Below are positions 16,580-25,988 of a DNA stretch of 64,000 nt, in pieces. How positions within the stretch are numbered: the first letter of the stretch is position 1; the number at the start of each line of letters is the position of its first letter. This DNA is from an uncultured virus (IMG/VR IMGVR_UViG_3300013121_000030) (taxonomy: Duplodnaviria > Heunggongvirae > Uroviricota > Caudoviricetes): IMG/VR virus record IMGVR_UViG_3300013121_000030, positions 96,001 to 160,000 of that record. The stretch is one strand, 5' to 3'. The position numbers and the translations under genes are program-made. Under the pieces are notes generated by a model, which saw nothing but the letters and a program-made list of their open reading frames with translations, was not told the origin of the DNA and made no database searches.

Positions 16580-17047
16580 ATGGATAAGTCACAGATCTAC
16601 GACTCAAAGCCAGAGTCCCCCACTCGGGACCCGGCGTTCTACCTGGAGAGGCACAAGCGCCGCCAGGGACGTGGTGGTCCGGGTGGGGGGAAGATGGAGC
16701 GCTTTGCGCGAATCGCAGCCCACGTACCTGTCTCTGTGGCTCAGGTGGTCCAGGGGGATATCCCGGATTATGTCGTCAACGAGTACCACTGGATGAACCG
16801 TGTCCATGGGGCTGTGAGTCCGGCAAGCACTGCCGGGATCATTCTGTGTGTGTATTGCAACCGAAACCTTCGGGAGTTTCGGCCTGACGATCGCACAGAG
16901 GACCACGTCCACCCACGATTCTTGGGGGGCGCGGACTTGGGCAGGGACAACCTGGTGCCAGCCTGCGGCCCATGCAACCGGGCCAAGGCAAATCACCCAC
17001 TTCTCATGTTCCTTGCACGTCGTCGTGAGGGGAAGCCCTCTCAATGA
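16580..17047 (+). CDS. HNH endonuclease
   Basis: CVYC...TEDHVHPRFLGG...NLVPACGPCNRAK; GAGGAGG SD. Confidence 0.88.
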   Translation: MDKSQIYDSKPESPTRDPAFYLERHKRRQGRGGPGGGKMERFARIAAHVPVSVAQVVQGDIPDYVVNEYHWMNRVHGAVSPASTAGIILCVYCNRNLREFRPDDRTEDHVHPRFLGGADLGRDNLVPACGPCNRAKANHPLLMFLARRREGKPSQ

Positions 17048-17122
17048 CCCAGTGAATTAACAACCTGGACTCCCAAAAGGGTCCAGAGAGGGAAGGGAGA
17101 GGTTCATCTTTCTCCCTTCCCT

Positions 17123-17476
17123 CTACTTGGTCTGGAAGCGTCTCTTGAAGAGATAGTAGTTCCAGTATTTGAGGAGAGAGTTGTAGGCCTTTTGGGAAAC
17201 CTCCATCCCTTTTGGATCGGCGATCGATTTGTAATGATCGTGCTTTTTGGTCCATTCCTCCATCAAGTCCCGGACCTTCTCTCGGTACTTGGTGAAGTCT
17301 TGAGAAGAGAGGTTCTGGATGTCAATCCCGCCCAAGACCTGGGGCTTGATCAGCTTCTCCAGAGTCGCTCGTTGATCCCGATACGCCAAGGGATCCCCCC
17401 CTTGTTGAGGCATGAGATAGTAGAGATTAGGTTTTGCCGAGAACTTCAGCATTTTGTCACGAAAGGAGCTGCTCAT
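17123..17476 (-). CDS. hypothetical protein
   Basis: 117-aa ORF, ATGA-coupled to the peptidase gene. Confidence 0.65.
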   Translation of the reverse strand: MSSSFRDKMLKFSAKPNLYYLMPQQGGDPLAYRDQRATLEKLIKPQVLGGIDIQNLSSQDFTKYREKVRDLMEEWTKKHDHYKSIADPKGMEVSQKAYNSLLKYWNYYLFKRRFQTK

Positions 17477-18309
17477 TTTTTCTTCTCCAGGATGGGCAGA
17501 ACTGTGGCTTGAAAGAATGGCTCCCTCTCTACTACCTTGTAGAAATCAGTGGGCGCCTTTGACGTGTCGTTGGGCAGGGGGCCATGATGGATCAGAAAGA
17601 TCTCGTCCAGTTGTGTCAACCCAGTCCTCACCAACCATCCAAACCCAATCTTCTCGTTGGAAGGGAACACCCGCAACATCTTGTGGACAACCGCAGCGCT
17701 CACCAGGAGCCCAGCGTCGGTCTCCACGATCTTCTCGGGTCCCTTGGACGGAGGTGGGGGCAGGAGTCCAGTGGCAAACCGCTGGAGGCCATTGGAAGTG
17801 ATCTCCCGCTCAATAGCACATGCGGGTCGGCGCACGAGATATCGTGGCCACTTCTCATACCATTTTTTGTAAAAGTCATCCTTGGAGACCACACGAACAG
17901 TCTCTTCGGGGTCGGGGATGTTGGGATCCGCAACGTAGACATTCAGTTGATCATCCACGTCAAAGACAACGCTCGCATGAGACCACTCCCGACCCTCAGG
18001 ATTCCAGGCGATGATGACTGGGACTCCGCGGTCTGTCCACTCTTTGAGCTGACGGACTGTGGAGGGACACACCAGTGTCGCTCTCATCCCATAATGTTGG
18101 GCACAAGCCAGTACATTCTCCCAGCTCGCCCCTCGCATGGGCTGAGCACCCAACACCTCATTGACCTGATCCTCGTCACACTTCACCCCAAGTGCTTGGA
18201 GGCACATCATGGTCGAGCAGGCGACGCATGAGTATTGCGTCCTCTGCCGCACTGGGACCACATCCGCTTTTGCCGTACGATTTGTCATGGACATTGTTGT
18301 CCATGACAT
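17473..18309 (-). CDS. C39-family cysteine peptidase
   Basis: QRTQYSCVAC (Q..C), WSHASVV, VYVADP; start codon uncertain. Confidence 0.85.
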   Translation of the reverse strand: MSWTTMSMTNRTAKADVVPVRQRTQYSCVACSTMMCLQALGVKCDEDQVNEVLGAQPMRGASWENVLACAQHYGMRATLVCPSTVRQLKEWTDRGVPVIIAWNPEGREWSHASVVFDVDDQLNVYVADPNIPDPEETVRVVSKDDFYKKWYEKWPRYLVRRPACAIEREITSNGLQRFATGLLPPPPSKGPEKIVETDAGLLVSAAVVHKMLRVFPSNEKIGFGWLVRTGLTQLDEIFLIHHGPLPNDTSKAPTDFYKVVEREPFFQATVLPILEKKK

Positions 18310-18316
18310 AGGGAAT

Positions 18317-18514
18317 TCAATGGAGAGGATGGGAAGGCAACCCAGCCGCACCGGATCCCATCAGCTCTTCCAAGATATCCTGAACTCCACGCCAGTACCC
18401 ACACCCGAAATCATGGGTGTCTCCTTCAAAGGAACGCTCAGATCGCATAAATCGATCCTCAAGGCGTTTTTGGAGCAACGCATCTTCCAAAGACTTACGG
18501 GATGGGGCATTCAT
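18317..18514 (-). CDS. small hypothetical protein
   Basis: ATGA-coupled to the upstream gene. Confidence 0.45.
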   Translation of the reverse strand: MNAPSRKSLEDALLQKRLEDRFMRSERSFEGDTHDFGCGYWRGVQDILEELMGSGAAGLPSHPLH

Positions 18515-18894
18515 GGGATATTCTCTGAATGTTGGCGGAGGAAGGCTTCGCAAGTGCCTTGGACAATCCTCGTGAGGACTTCCTTCTGGAGTTTGGAGAG
18601 AACTCCTTCAACAGCAGATTGAACCTTCTCTTCGTCCAGAATACCCGAATGCTCGGAAGCGTACAAAATTGTTTGGAGGAGGGCCTCTTGACGGAGAGCC
18701 TCCATCAAGAGGCCCATGGAGGCTTCCTCCATTCCCATGCTATCCCCCAATCCCTGAACGACCTGAAGGTCTTCAGGGCCTTGGAGGCGTCGCATCGAGT
18801 GGACAGACCCATCGTGGTCTTTGCGGACCCACACCTCCATCACAAACACAGAGTGATCTGGGTGATCACCCTTTTTCCACTGAGACGCAGACAC
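18511..18894 (-). CDS. hypothetical protein
   Basis: 127-aa ORF abutting its neighbours. Confidence 0.65.
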   Translation of the reverse strand: MSASQWKKGDHPDHSVFVMEVWVRKDHDGSVHSMRRLQGPEDLQVVQGLGDSMGMEEASMGLLMEALRQEALLQTILYASEHSGILDEEKVQSAVEGVLSKLQKEVLTRIVQGTCEAFLRQHSENIP

Positions 18895-19368
18895 TCAGCG
18901 CTCCTCACTTCTCCACGACTTCCCCTCAACATGATCACGGAGGGAGGCGCAGAAGGCACCTGGATCGTCCACCTTGCCGTCCATCTTTCGCATACATGCA
19001 GTCACTTTGTGCTTTGCGTCTCCTGAGAGAGAGTCCCAAAACTTCTTGACAGATTGCTCTGTCCATCCTTTGGGGAGTGAGGTCCAGGCTGCCTTTTTCT
19101 TCAGGCCCAAGATCGATGCGACTTTGGATCGATACTTCGGGTGTTTGATGGCAACCCGGGCCAGGGCTCTGACAAGATGCTTTTCTGAGATTGCAGACGC
19201 CTTCTTGGGGGCGATCTCCTCAATCCGTCCGTCGTACTTCTCCCACTCCTCTGCCGCATCCGGATTTCCATGGTCGCGGAGATACTCCGCGACATCAACC
19301 TTCTCCCCTTCAGAGAATTTGGCTTCGGGGTTGTGGGATGCTGTGTGGGACTTCTTCTGCATTACCAT
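18895..19368 (-). CDS. probable virion-associated protein with KKxA motifs
   Basis: KKASA, KKKAA, W..LPKGWT..SVKKFW, DPGAFCASL; GAGGAG SD. Confidence 0.6.
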   Translation of the reverse strand: MVMQKKSHTASHNPEAKFSEGEKVDVAEYLRDHGNPDAAEEWEKYDGRIEEIAPKKASAISEKHLVRALARVAIKHPKYRSKVASILGLKKKAAWTSLPKGWTEQSVKKFWDSLSGDAKHKVTACMRKMDGKVDDPGAFCASLRDHVEGKSWRSEER

Positions 19369-19401
19369 GTGGTTCTCCTCTGAGAGGAGTCCTGGGATAG
19401 G

Positions 19402-21432
19402 TTACCTATTCCGAGAAGGCGCACACATGATGTCACGAAGAAGTTTGACCATGGGGACAGGCAAATCCTGGGCCCTGGGCACGACCACCACATCGTGGAA
19501 AAGAGTCTCCACCCCAGTCATATAGTCTCCAATCCCCACACCAATGATCCTGATGTGGTTTTCTTCGGCGACCCTGATGAGGTGACGTATCACTTTCACA
19601 TCGTTGTGGTTGGGGAGACCATCGGTGATGACTACCAGGAATCTGTGGGATTCCTGTCTCTGCAAGATCTGCAGCAAGCCAAAGTAAATGCCGTCCGCGA
19701 GAGGAGTCCCTCCTCCCCCTGTTTTGTAGTTCCCCAAGGAGTCCAAGCATCCCCGTACAGTCTGCTCCCAAGTTTTGTAGATCCTGTAGAGAACCGCATA
19801 ATTGCGATGGTGATCGCGTGTAGCTCCATGCGAATAAGGAGCCTTGTCCTGGATCCCAACCACAAGGGATTTGCCTCCGATGGACTCCAAAGGCTCAATG
19901 AAAGCCAGAGTCCCCCCCACAGTCCCCTCCAGGGACCCGTCCATGGAAGGGGACTCATCCAAAACAATGACTGCAGCTGCTGAAATGTCGCGGCCCTCTG
20001 TAACCTCAAAGAATGCGGACGTTGGAGCCTCCCCCATCCAGAGGGCCGCCCCAGTTTCCGCAATACGAAGTGGAGACAACATGGGTCCTTGGCGCAACCC
20101 ATGGTGCTCTTCGACATGCCATTGTTGAGCGAGCAAAATGTTTCGGAGCTGAGCCCTCGCATATCCAATCGTCTGCATGATTGAACGGTGGATAGGTTGG
20201 GCCACCCCCTGTCTCGGGCGCACAGAGACAGTCGTGTCGTTAGCGACACTGACCGGATTCCACATCATCTCCCCAGCCACAGGGGTCACACGCATGACCT
20301 CTGGGCGATGGCTGCGGCTGCGGTTTGACGCAGGACCAGAGGTCACAGGATTGGTGTCGTTGAGGCTCCCATAGGCCTCCTTCCCAAGGACCATTTTATC
20401 GACCAGGTTTTTGTCGAGGACCTTGAGAAGGTCCTCTAAGGTCCCACCACCACCTTTTTTGTCTTTCTTGCCCGAGTTTAAAGTCAGGATTGCCTGGATC
20501 ATCTCTTCCAGAAAGGTCTCAGCTTCCTTTTTCTTCTGGATCTTTTCCAGAAGAGCCTTTTCAGCCTCCTCGTACTCTGGGAGGGCTTGGACGGCCTCCA
20601 CGACTTCCAGCGAAGCCCACATAGCAGCCATATCTTGGTAAGCTTGGTTGCGGAGGCGAGTGAGGATTTTCTTCACCTCCCCCTCAAAAAGAGGGATCAG
20701 AGTTGGGAACTCCCGATGTATCTCTCCTCTGGTTAGTCTTGTGGTTTGGGTTGGGTAGTCAAATCCTTCCACATGGAGAAAGATTTCGACAGCCTCCAGA
20801 AGGCCAAAGTTTCCCGTAATCTCCGGCTTGAGGCGATTATTCAGGATCCAGTCATGGATGTCATGGAGGGACTGGCGTGTTCCCGGAAAGCTTTCCCCCC
20901 CGAGGATCTCGATTCTCACGTCCTCCAGAATCCCCAAAATCGAACTCAGGAGTCCTGCCGAAACCTCGTTGTGGCGGATCCTCGACTCGACTGCACGAGA
21001 ATAATCCTCAATGTCCTGCCACTCCAAGGTCTCGCGTGGAGTGTACATGGTGTGGAAAGCCTCATGGTTACACCCACCCAAAAACGCGACCCCCAAGGAG
21101 GTATCGTTGTCGGCAATTGGGGCGACGACAATCCTGGGGGTTTTTGTCTTGAGGGAAAAATCAATGGCCTTCTGGAGGGAAGTGTGGAGAGTCCCCCAAG
21201 AGACTGGGATTTGCTCCGTTTCTGAAAGATTCAGATTGGTTTTCCCCACCATGAGCTGGGTGAGGATCCCCAGGAGGAGAAGAGTGCCCCAGGTGTCTAC
21301 ATTGTAGAACGACGTTCCCTCCTCCAGAACCACTGGACGGTGGATCTTCTTCGTCCCAAGGATCGAGGTAACCGCATGCTGCGCAAGTGCGTAGAAGCGT
21401 GTTCCTGGGGCGATGTAGGAGGAAACGAGCAT
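19402..21432 (-). CDS. CobT-like metallopeptidase-fold + vWA domain protein
   Basis: HEAFH, LEDVRIE, MIDAS DESPS, GGTP, VITDG. Confidence 0.85.
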   Translation of the reverse strand: MLVSSYIAPGTRFYALAQHAVTSILGTKKIHRPVVLEEGTSFYNVDTWGTLLLLGILTQLMVGKTNLNLSETEQIPVSWGTLHTSLQKAIDFSLKTKTPRIVVAPIADNDTSLGVAFLGGCNHEAFHTMYTPRETLEWQDIEDYSRAVESRIRHNEVSAGLLSSILGILEDVRIEILGGESFPGTRQSLHDIHDWILNNRLKPEITGNFGLLEAVEIFLHVEGFDYPTQTTRLTRGEIHREFPTLIPLFEGEVKKILTRLRNQAYQDMAAMWASLEVVEAVQALPEYEEAEKALLEKIQKKKEAETFLEEMIQAILTLNSGKKDKKGGGGTLEDLLKVLDKNLVDKMVLGKEAYGSLNDTNPVTSGPASNRSRSHRPEVMRVTPVAGEMMWNPVSVANDTTVSVRPRQGVAQPIHRSIMQTIGYARAQLRNILLAQQWHVEEHHGLRQGPMLSPLRIAETGAALWMGEAPTSAFFEVTEGRDISAAAVIVLDESPSMDGSLEGTVGGTLAFIEPLESIGGKSLVVGIQDKAPYSHGATRDHHRNYAVLYRIYKTWEQTVRGCLDSLGNYKTGGGGTPLADGIYFGLLQILQRQESHRFLVVITDGLPNHNDVKVIRHLIRVAEENHIRIIGVGIGDYMTGVETLFHDVVVVPRAQDLPVPMVKLLRDIMCAPSRNR

Positions 21433-21447
21433 GGTGGAGATACCCGA

Positions 21448-22134
21448 TCACACCCTGATCGCAGGCGGGGGACAGAACGTAGTCTCACGCCACCAGCCAT
21501 CCCGAATCAATGCCTCCCTGGTGTCGTACCTCCAGTGGAAGCGGGCACATGAGAGGGACCTGTTGAACATTGTGGTGCTCATTGGGTTCGGAATCGCGCG
21601 CCCGAATCCCGTCCCAACAGAGCAGGTGATGGAACGATCCAGATCCAGGTAATCCCCCGGTCCGGAACCTGCCATGGGATAGGTACGGAGAGGATCCGGA
21701 AGCCCGGGGATCCACCTCTGCGGCGAATACTTCTTCCAATCTGGGGGATCCTTCTTCTTCGGAATGGATTCCTCGAAGACCCGAAGATCAATCTCACCAA
21801 CGTGTCCTGGAATGCCCCTTTGGGAGGCATAGCTCAGCGAGACATCCACGAACTTGAAGGCCGCGACAGTGTCCTTGTCCTCCCTCCATCCTCGGATCTG
21901 GATGGAGTGTAGGGGACGAACCACATAGCCGGCGTCCGCATCGGACGACGCCTTGCCAGAGATGACATCCACACCATCAACAGAAAGAATGGCCTCGATG
22001 GAACGATCCAAAAATGGGTTGCGGATGGTGATGTACCACTCACTCCCAATTTTTGAAATGAGTGAGTTATTCTGTCTGGGGATCTTCTTACCATCCCCAT
22101 AAAAAAAGGAAACGTTTTCGGCGAGGTTTGGCAT
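21448..22134 (-). CDS. hypothetical protein of a bacterial-type family
   Basis: SVDGVDVISGK...GYVV.P...I.GWR...F.F...SYA pattern. Confidence 0.65.
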   Translation of the reverse strand: MPNLAENVSFFYGDGKKIPRQNNSLISKIGSEWYITIRNPFLDRSIEAILSVDGVDVISGKASSDADAGYVVRPLHSIQIRGWREDKDTVAAFKFVDVSLSYASQRGIPGHVGEIDLRVFEESIPKKKDPPDWKKYSPQRWIPGLPDPLRTYPMAGSGPGDYLDLDRSITCSVGTGFGRAIPNPMSTTMFNRSLSCARFHWRYDTREALIRDGWWRETTFCPPPAIRV

Positions 22135-22175
22135 GGTGACTGATACCCATTCTATCAGTCCACTCCAGATAGATT

Positions 22176-23174
22176 ATGCGACGGCACGCCTTTCAGACCA
22201 AACTCTCGCTCTTCCACCTCCTGAGCCGGTTCAAGTCGATTGACGAAATCATTCGAGCCTCAGCGCTGGAGGGATATCTAGGTATCCCCCCCAACTCTAT
22301 CATCAACCGTGGGTGGAAGGACCTCCCACTGGAGATTGATGGAGTCAACCCCAACATGTTGACCCCAGGCCCCAGTGGAGTTGAGAGAAGCCTCAGAATT
22401 GCCATTGCCCAACTCCTCCGCAAGTATTACCCAAAGGTCTCGGGCGATAATTTGGAGTCCTACCTGCCCGACTTCAGCCTCGCCAACATGCTCTATCGAA
22501 AGGAAGGAAAGCCACTTCCGTACAAAGTTGGGGAGTGGGCCAAAAGAGAAATCCCACTCTTTACGGTTGGCCATCTCGTCCAAGCGCTGAAGAAATACAT
22601 CCTCAAATCTCCAGGCATGGTCTCCAATAGTTGGCGTGCTCTCGTGGAGAAACGTCACCCCACGTCTCAGCCATTCTTGCAGGAGAATCCCTCTCGGGAG
22701 CAAGAGGATGAGCGCGACGAATCGGTGGACTTCGAGAAGACGGTGCGGACCAAAGGCTTGACTCGCTACGAAGAGAAAGTAGCTCCTCCGGTCCTAAACC
22801 GCCTCCATACGATCATCGAGCGCAACCCCGCCTTGGGAGGAGAAATCCGGGAATACATTAAGAGCCACCCACCAAAAGCTCTGTATCCCAAGGAAAAGAA
22901 CATCTGGATCCGTGCCATGATTGGGATCTTGCTGGAAGGTGAGACCCTCAGTGAAATCCGATCACAGTTCCAGCAGGAAGGCATCAGTGCTCAGCAGTTG
23001 AGCAATCTAATCTCAGCATCTAAGCTCGTGGGATTCGCCTCGAATCCCGAGTTTTTGGATGGGCTCCAAAAAATCTTGGGGGCTGGAGCAGAGTCTCTCG
23101 GTGTGGGCTACTCCAGGTTAGCCCGCAAACGCTCTAGGAATCCAGAGCGTCAATCACCTCTCCGTCGTGCATGA
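22176..23174 (+). CDS. hypothetical protein with C-terminal HTH (possibly sigma-like)
   Basis: EGETLSEIRSQF...ISAQQLSNLIS HTH-like segment; RRHA and SRLARKR termini. Confidence 0.55.
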   Translation: MRRHAFQTKLSLFHLLSRFKSIDEIIRASALEGYLGIPPNSIINRGWKDLPLEIDGVNPNMLTPGPSGVERSLRIAIAQLLRKYYPKVSGDNLESYLPDFSLANMLYRKEGKPLPYKVGEWAKREIPLFTVGHLVQALKKYILKSPGMVSNSWRALVEKRHPTSQPFLQENPSREQEDERDESVDFEKTVRTKGLTRYEEKVAPPVLNRLHTIIERNPALGGEIREYIKSHPPKALYPKEKNIWIRAMIGILLEGETLSEIRSQFQQEGISAQQLSNLISASKLVGFASNPEFLDGLQKILGAGAESLGVGYSRLARKRSRNPERQSPLRRA

Positions 23175-23934
23175 ACGTCTCCTCAAGAGACGGAACAAGG
23201 TACTGATTCCTCAAGGTCGTGGGCTCGTGGCCCACGGCCTTTGCCGTTTCTTCTAGGGCCTTCTGGAATTCTTTCTTGAGGATCTCGTCCTTTTTCTTTC
23301 GCTCCTTGGGCAGCTTGGGTCCCTTGGACCGGATCTTGGCGAGCCTCTCTTTCATGGATTCGTTGGCGTGGAATCCGCGAATGTCCTTGGCCGTGATCCC
23401 AAACTCCTTGAGGTAGGCGTTTACTTCCTCTGCGGAGGCGTCCACGATCTCATCGTCGGGGTCCTTGCCCTTGACGGCTTTCTTGAGGGCGGAGAGGAGA
23501 CGAGCATCCGTGACGTCCTTCTCTTGCTCCACCCCAGACTTGCCCACGTACTCCAGAGTGGCCTTGCCCTTGCTGAAGCGCACATGGTCGACCCTCCACC
23601 CCGTGACTCCAAAATGGCCCTTGTCAGCGGACTCCGAGTTCCCCACGCGCTCGTAGGTGTGGTCCATGAGGGCCACCGCCAAGGCCACCGAACACGTCTC
23701 AGGATCGTCGCAGGAGAGGTCCTCGTACACCTGGTCTCGCATCTCATCGATGGAGTGCCGAAGCTCCTCCAGCCTCTCTGCTTTCTCCTGGTGGCGACGT
23801 TGGACCTGGCGTGGGCCGTACTCGTAGATCACCCGTTCTTCTCCATCCTTGGTCTTGACCTTCTTTTTGCTCTTGTATTTCGCCAAGAACCTACGACAGA
23901 CCTTAGCAGCAATCCGAGCGAGTTCGCCTTCCAT
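23134..23934 (-). CDS. DNA topoisomerase IB (poxvirus/bacterial type)
   Basis: Catalytic set ERVGN, YVGKSG, AKDIRGFHAN, GHEPTTLRNQY. Confidence 0.9.
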   Translation of the reverse strand: MEGELARIAAKVCRRFLAKYKSKKKVKTKDGEERVIYEYGPRQVQRRHQEKAERLEELRHSIDEMRDQVYEDLSCDDPETCSVALAVALMDHTYERVGNSESADKGHFGVTGWRVDHVRFSKGKATLEYVGKSGVEQEKDVTDARLLSALKKAVKGKDPDDEIVDASAEEVNAYLKEFGITAKDIRGFHANESMKERLAKIRSKGPKLPKERKKKDEILKKEFQKALEETAKAVGHEPTTLRNQYLVPSLEETFMHDGEVIDALDS

Positions 23935-24065
23935 ACGGAAGACTCCAGGACATCGATAATTCACCGTTCCCACCAAAAAACTCTGACTTGACGCGGATGC
24001 TCCTCACCCGGTAGGGTGTCCGAGCTGTCTCCTGGAGGACTTCCTCCAGCGCAGAACGTCCACTC

Positions 24066-24713
24066 ATGACTCTAACCTCTGCAATCCAGCGTAGGACGAC
24101 TCCCCGAAGGGGAGTCTGTCAGACCGTGGAGGGAGTTCATGGAGTGGGTGGGGACGTCCAGGGAAACCTGGAGAGGGTTGACGACGCCTCCGAGACAGCT
24201 CTTCGAGGACACTCCCCTGAGTCTCTTCAGGGGAGAGAAGACAAGGGTGCAATGAAGACCTGGAGCCTACAGGGAGTTCTCTCCCCATGGTTCCTGGACA
24301 ACCGGAGGACCTCCCAATCTTGGGATCCACAAATTGAGACTGTGGATCTTGGTCGACTCCTTCAAGGCGGGGGTCTCAAGGAGACCCCCTCTCCCTCCTT
24401 CTCTGGATCGAAGGGGGAGGGAGAGGTTAATGAATTCAATGTTAATGAATTGAATTCAGAGTCTTGTGTCTTCCCAATTCAAAATGAACAAACTGATAAC
24501 AACACTGAAAACGAACTACTTCAACTACTTCTCGTTCAAAACCTACTAACACCTGAGCTACTCGACACACTGAAACTCCTCGACACACTGATGAAGCTAC
24601 AAGAGCTAGTAGACCTGATGAACAACATGGATGAGATGACAAGGAACTATGAGTCCTGGGTGTCCTTTGTGGGAAGTGGGGAAGTGTTCCCCTGGGAGGT
24701 GGAGTTGAGATAA
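24066..24713 (+). CDS. hypothetical protein spanning the origin-like repeats (coding status doubtful)
   Basis: 215-aa ORF; low-complexity N/E/L second half; weak TTGACG-N18-TAGGGT promoter at 23988-24017. Confidence 0.35.
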   Translation: MTLTSAIQRRTTPRRGVCQTVEGVHGVGGDVQGNLERVDDASETALRGHSPESLQGREDKGAMKTWSLQGVLSPWFLDNRRTSQSWDPQIETVDLGRLLQGGGLKETPSPSFSGSKGEGEVNEFNVNELNSESCVFPIQNEQTDNNTENELLQLLLVQNLLTPELLDTLKLLDTLMKLQELVDLMNNMDEMTRNYESWVSFVGSGEVFPWEVELR

Positions 24714-24780
24714 CCTGGAGTAAGTTTCTCCTTGGGAGGAGAAATTCCTCTTATGGGTTCTCTCCTCTTGGGAGGAGAAG
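24426..24780. repeat. AT-rich direct-repeat tract and tandem hairpins; candidate replication origin
   Basis: GTTAATGAATT x2, AACTACTTC x2, CTCGACACACTGA x2, two TCTCC..TTGGGAGGAGAA hairpins; strand composition appears to switch here. Confidence 0.55.
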
Positions 24781-24786
24781 AACTTC

Positions 24787-25191
24787 ATGATTGGTCTGGG
24801 ATATGGTTACCATAGGACTGGGAGAGCACCTCTCAGAACTCCACTGGAAGCAAAGAAGGAACTAGCTCTTCCTGTGTATGCTCTTCTCTTGGGTAGAGCA
24901 TCGACAGTGTATCCTGGGACTTCCTTGGCTGGACCTTCAAGGGTGGTTGGGATATTCAAAAATCCTGGGAGTGGTGGAGATATTTCCCTGGTGGGAGTTC
25001 TTCCAGTCTGGGTGGATGGGGTTCAGTGGCAACAGGGAGTTCTTCCGGTGCTGAAGGATCCTCGTTGGAGTCCCCAGAGGCTTGTGTGGTTGAAGTTTTT
25101 GGGAACTGATCCATGGAGACCTGTGGGTTACATTGGGACGGCCCTTGAGGAGTCCTTTGTACAAGCTGGGTATGGTCCCAGGGTTCCTTGA
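24787..25191 (+). CDS. hypothetical protein
   Basis: GGAGG SD; 134 aa. Confidence 0.6.
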   Translation: MIGLGYGYHRTGRAPLRTPLEAKKELALPVYALLLGRASTVYPGTSLAGPSRVVGIFKNPGSGGDISLVGVLPVWVDGVQWQQGVLPVLKDPRWSPQRLVWLKFLGTDPWRPVGYIGTALEESFVQAGYGPRVP

Positions 25192-25203
25192 ACGGAGGAT
25201 TCT

Positions 25204-25428
25204 ATGGTTGATTGGAAGAAGCCAAGTGTTGGGAGTGTTGCTTCCTTGGCAGACCCTGTGAAACCTCAGATTGGGGATCTGGTGGATATTCGGTGTCGGG
25301 AAGAACGGTGTGACTCAACCTCCATGAGGTTTATTGGTGAGGAGAAGCATGACTACTTGGATGGTGGGGGTACTACCTTCAAGTATCAATGCTCCCAATG
25401 TCAGAAGATCCTCACGGTGAGAATGTAA
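25204..25428 (+). CDS. small zinc-finger protein
   Basis: CxxxxC...CSQC; GGAGG SD. Confidence 0.65.
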   Translation: MVDWKKPSVGSVASLADPVKPQIGDLVDIRCREERCDSTSMRFIGEEKHDYLDGGGTTFKYQCSQCQKILTVRM

Positions 25429-25988
25429 TTTTTCCTGTGCTTTGTCATGGAGCAGCAGCTCATGACAGGGCAGTACAACTGGCTAACCAGTTTGGACCCC
25501 TCCGGTTGGACTCCTCTCTCACAGTAGAGTCCGCGAGGCAGATTAAGGCTTGGATTGGTGAGGGGGACTTTTCCCTTCCTCATTGGTCGTGGGTCCTTGG
25601 ACCCGCAGACGAAGCAGATCCCGCGGCAGTCGATGCACTCTTGAAGCTCCTGGAAGAGCGTGGAGAAGAGTTTGAGGATGGGCCCGTTGTGTGGGCCCAG
25701 GATGATGGAGAGGTCCCTGGGACTCTCCGTTCGCGGTGTTCCATGGTGTGGTGTCCTGCACCTGGGACACCGAAGTCTTCCTTGGCCCTCTTGGGGACAG
25801 AAGAGGGGTGGAAGAGTCTTCGAGCTTCTGAAGACCCACGCCAGATTGCCGAGACCCTTGCTGGGGCATTGTCGCTGGAGAATAGTTGGGGTGTTCGGGA
25901 GGTGGAGTTGTGGGGTCAAACACGCCGGGTATTGGCCCGGCGTCACCCTTCCATCCTGGATGTTGGGTGGATGTGGAGGAAGTTCTGA
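25389..25988 (+). CDS. holB: DNA polymerase III delta-prime-like clamp loader subunit
   Basis: DEADPAAVDALLKLLEE and TLRSRC (SRC) motifs; start codon uncertain. Confidence 0.7.
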   Translation: MLPMSEDPHGENVIFPVLCHGAAAHDRAVQLANQFGPLRLDSSLTVESARQIKAWIGEGDFSLPHWSWVLGPADEADPAAVDALLKLLEERGEEFEDGPVVWAQDDGEVPGTLRSRCSMVWCPAPGTPKSSLALLGTEEGWKSLRASEDPRQIAETLAGALSLENSWGVREVELWGQTRRVLARRHPSILDVGWMWRKF

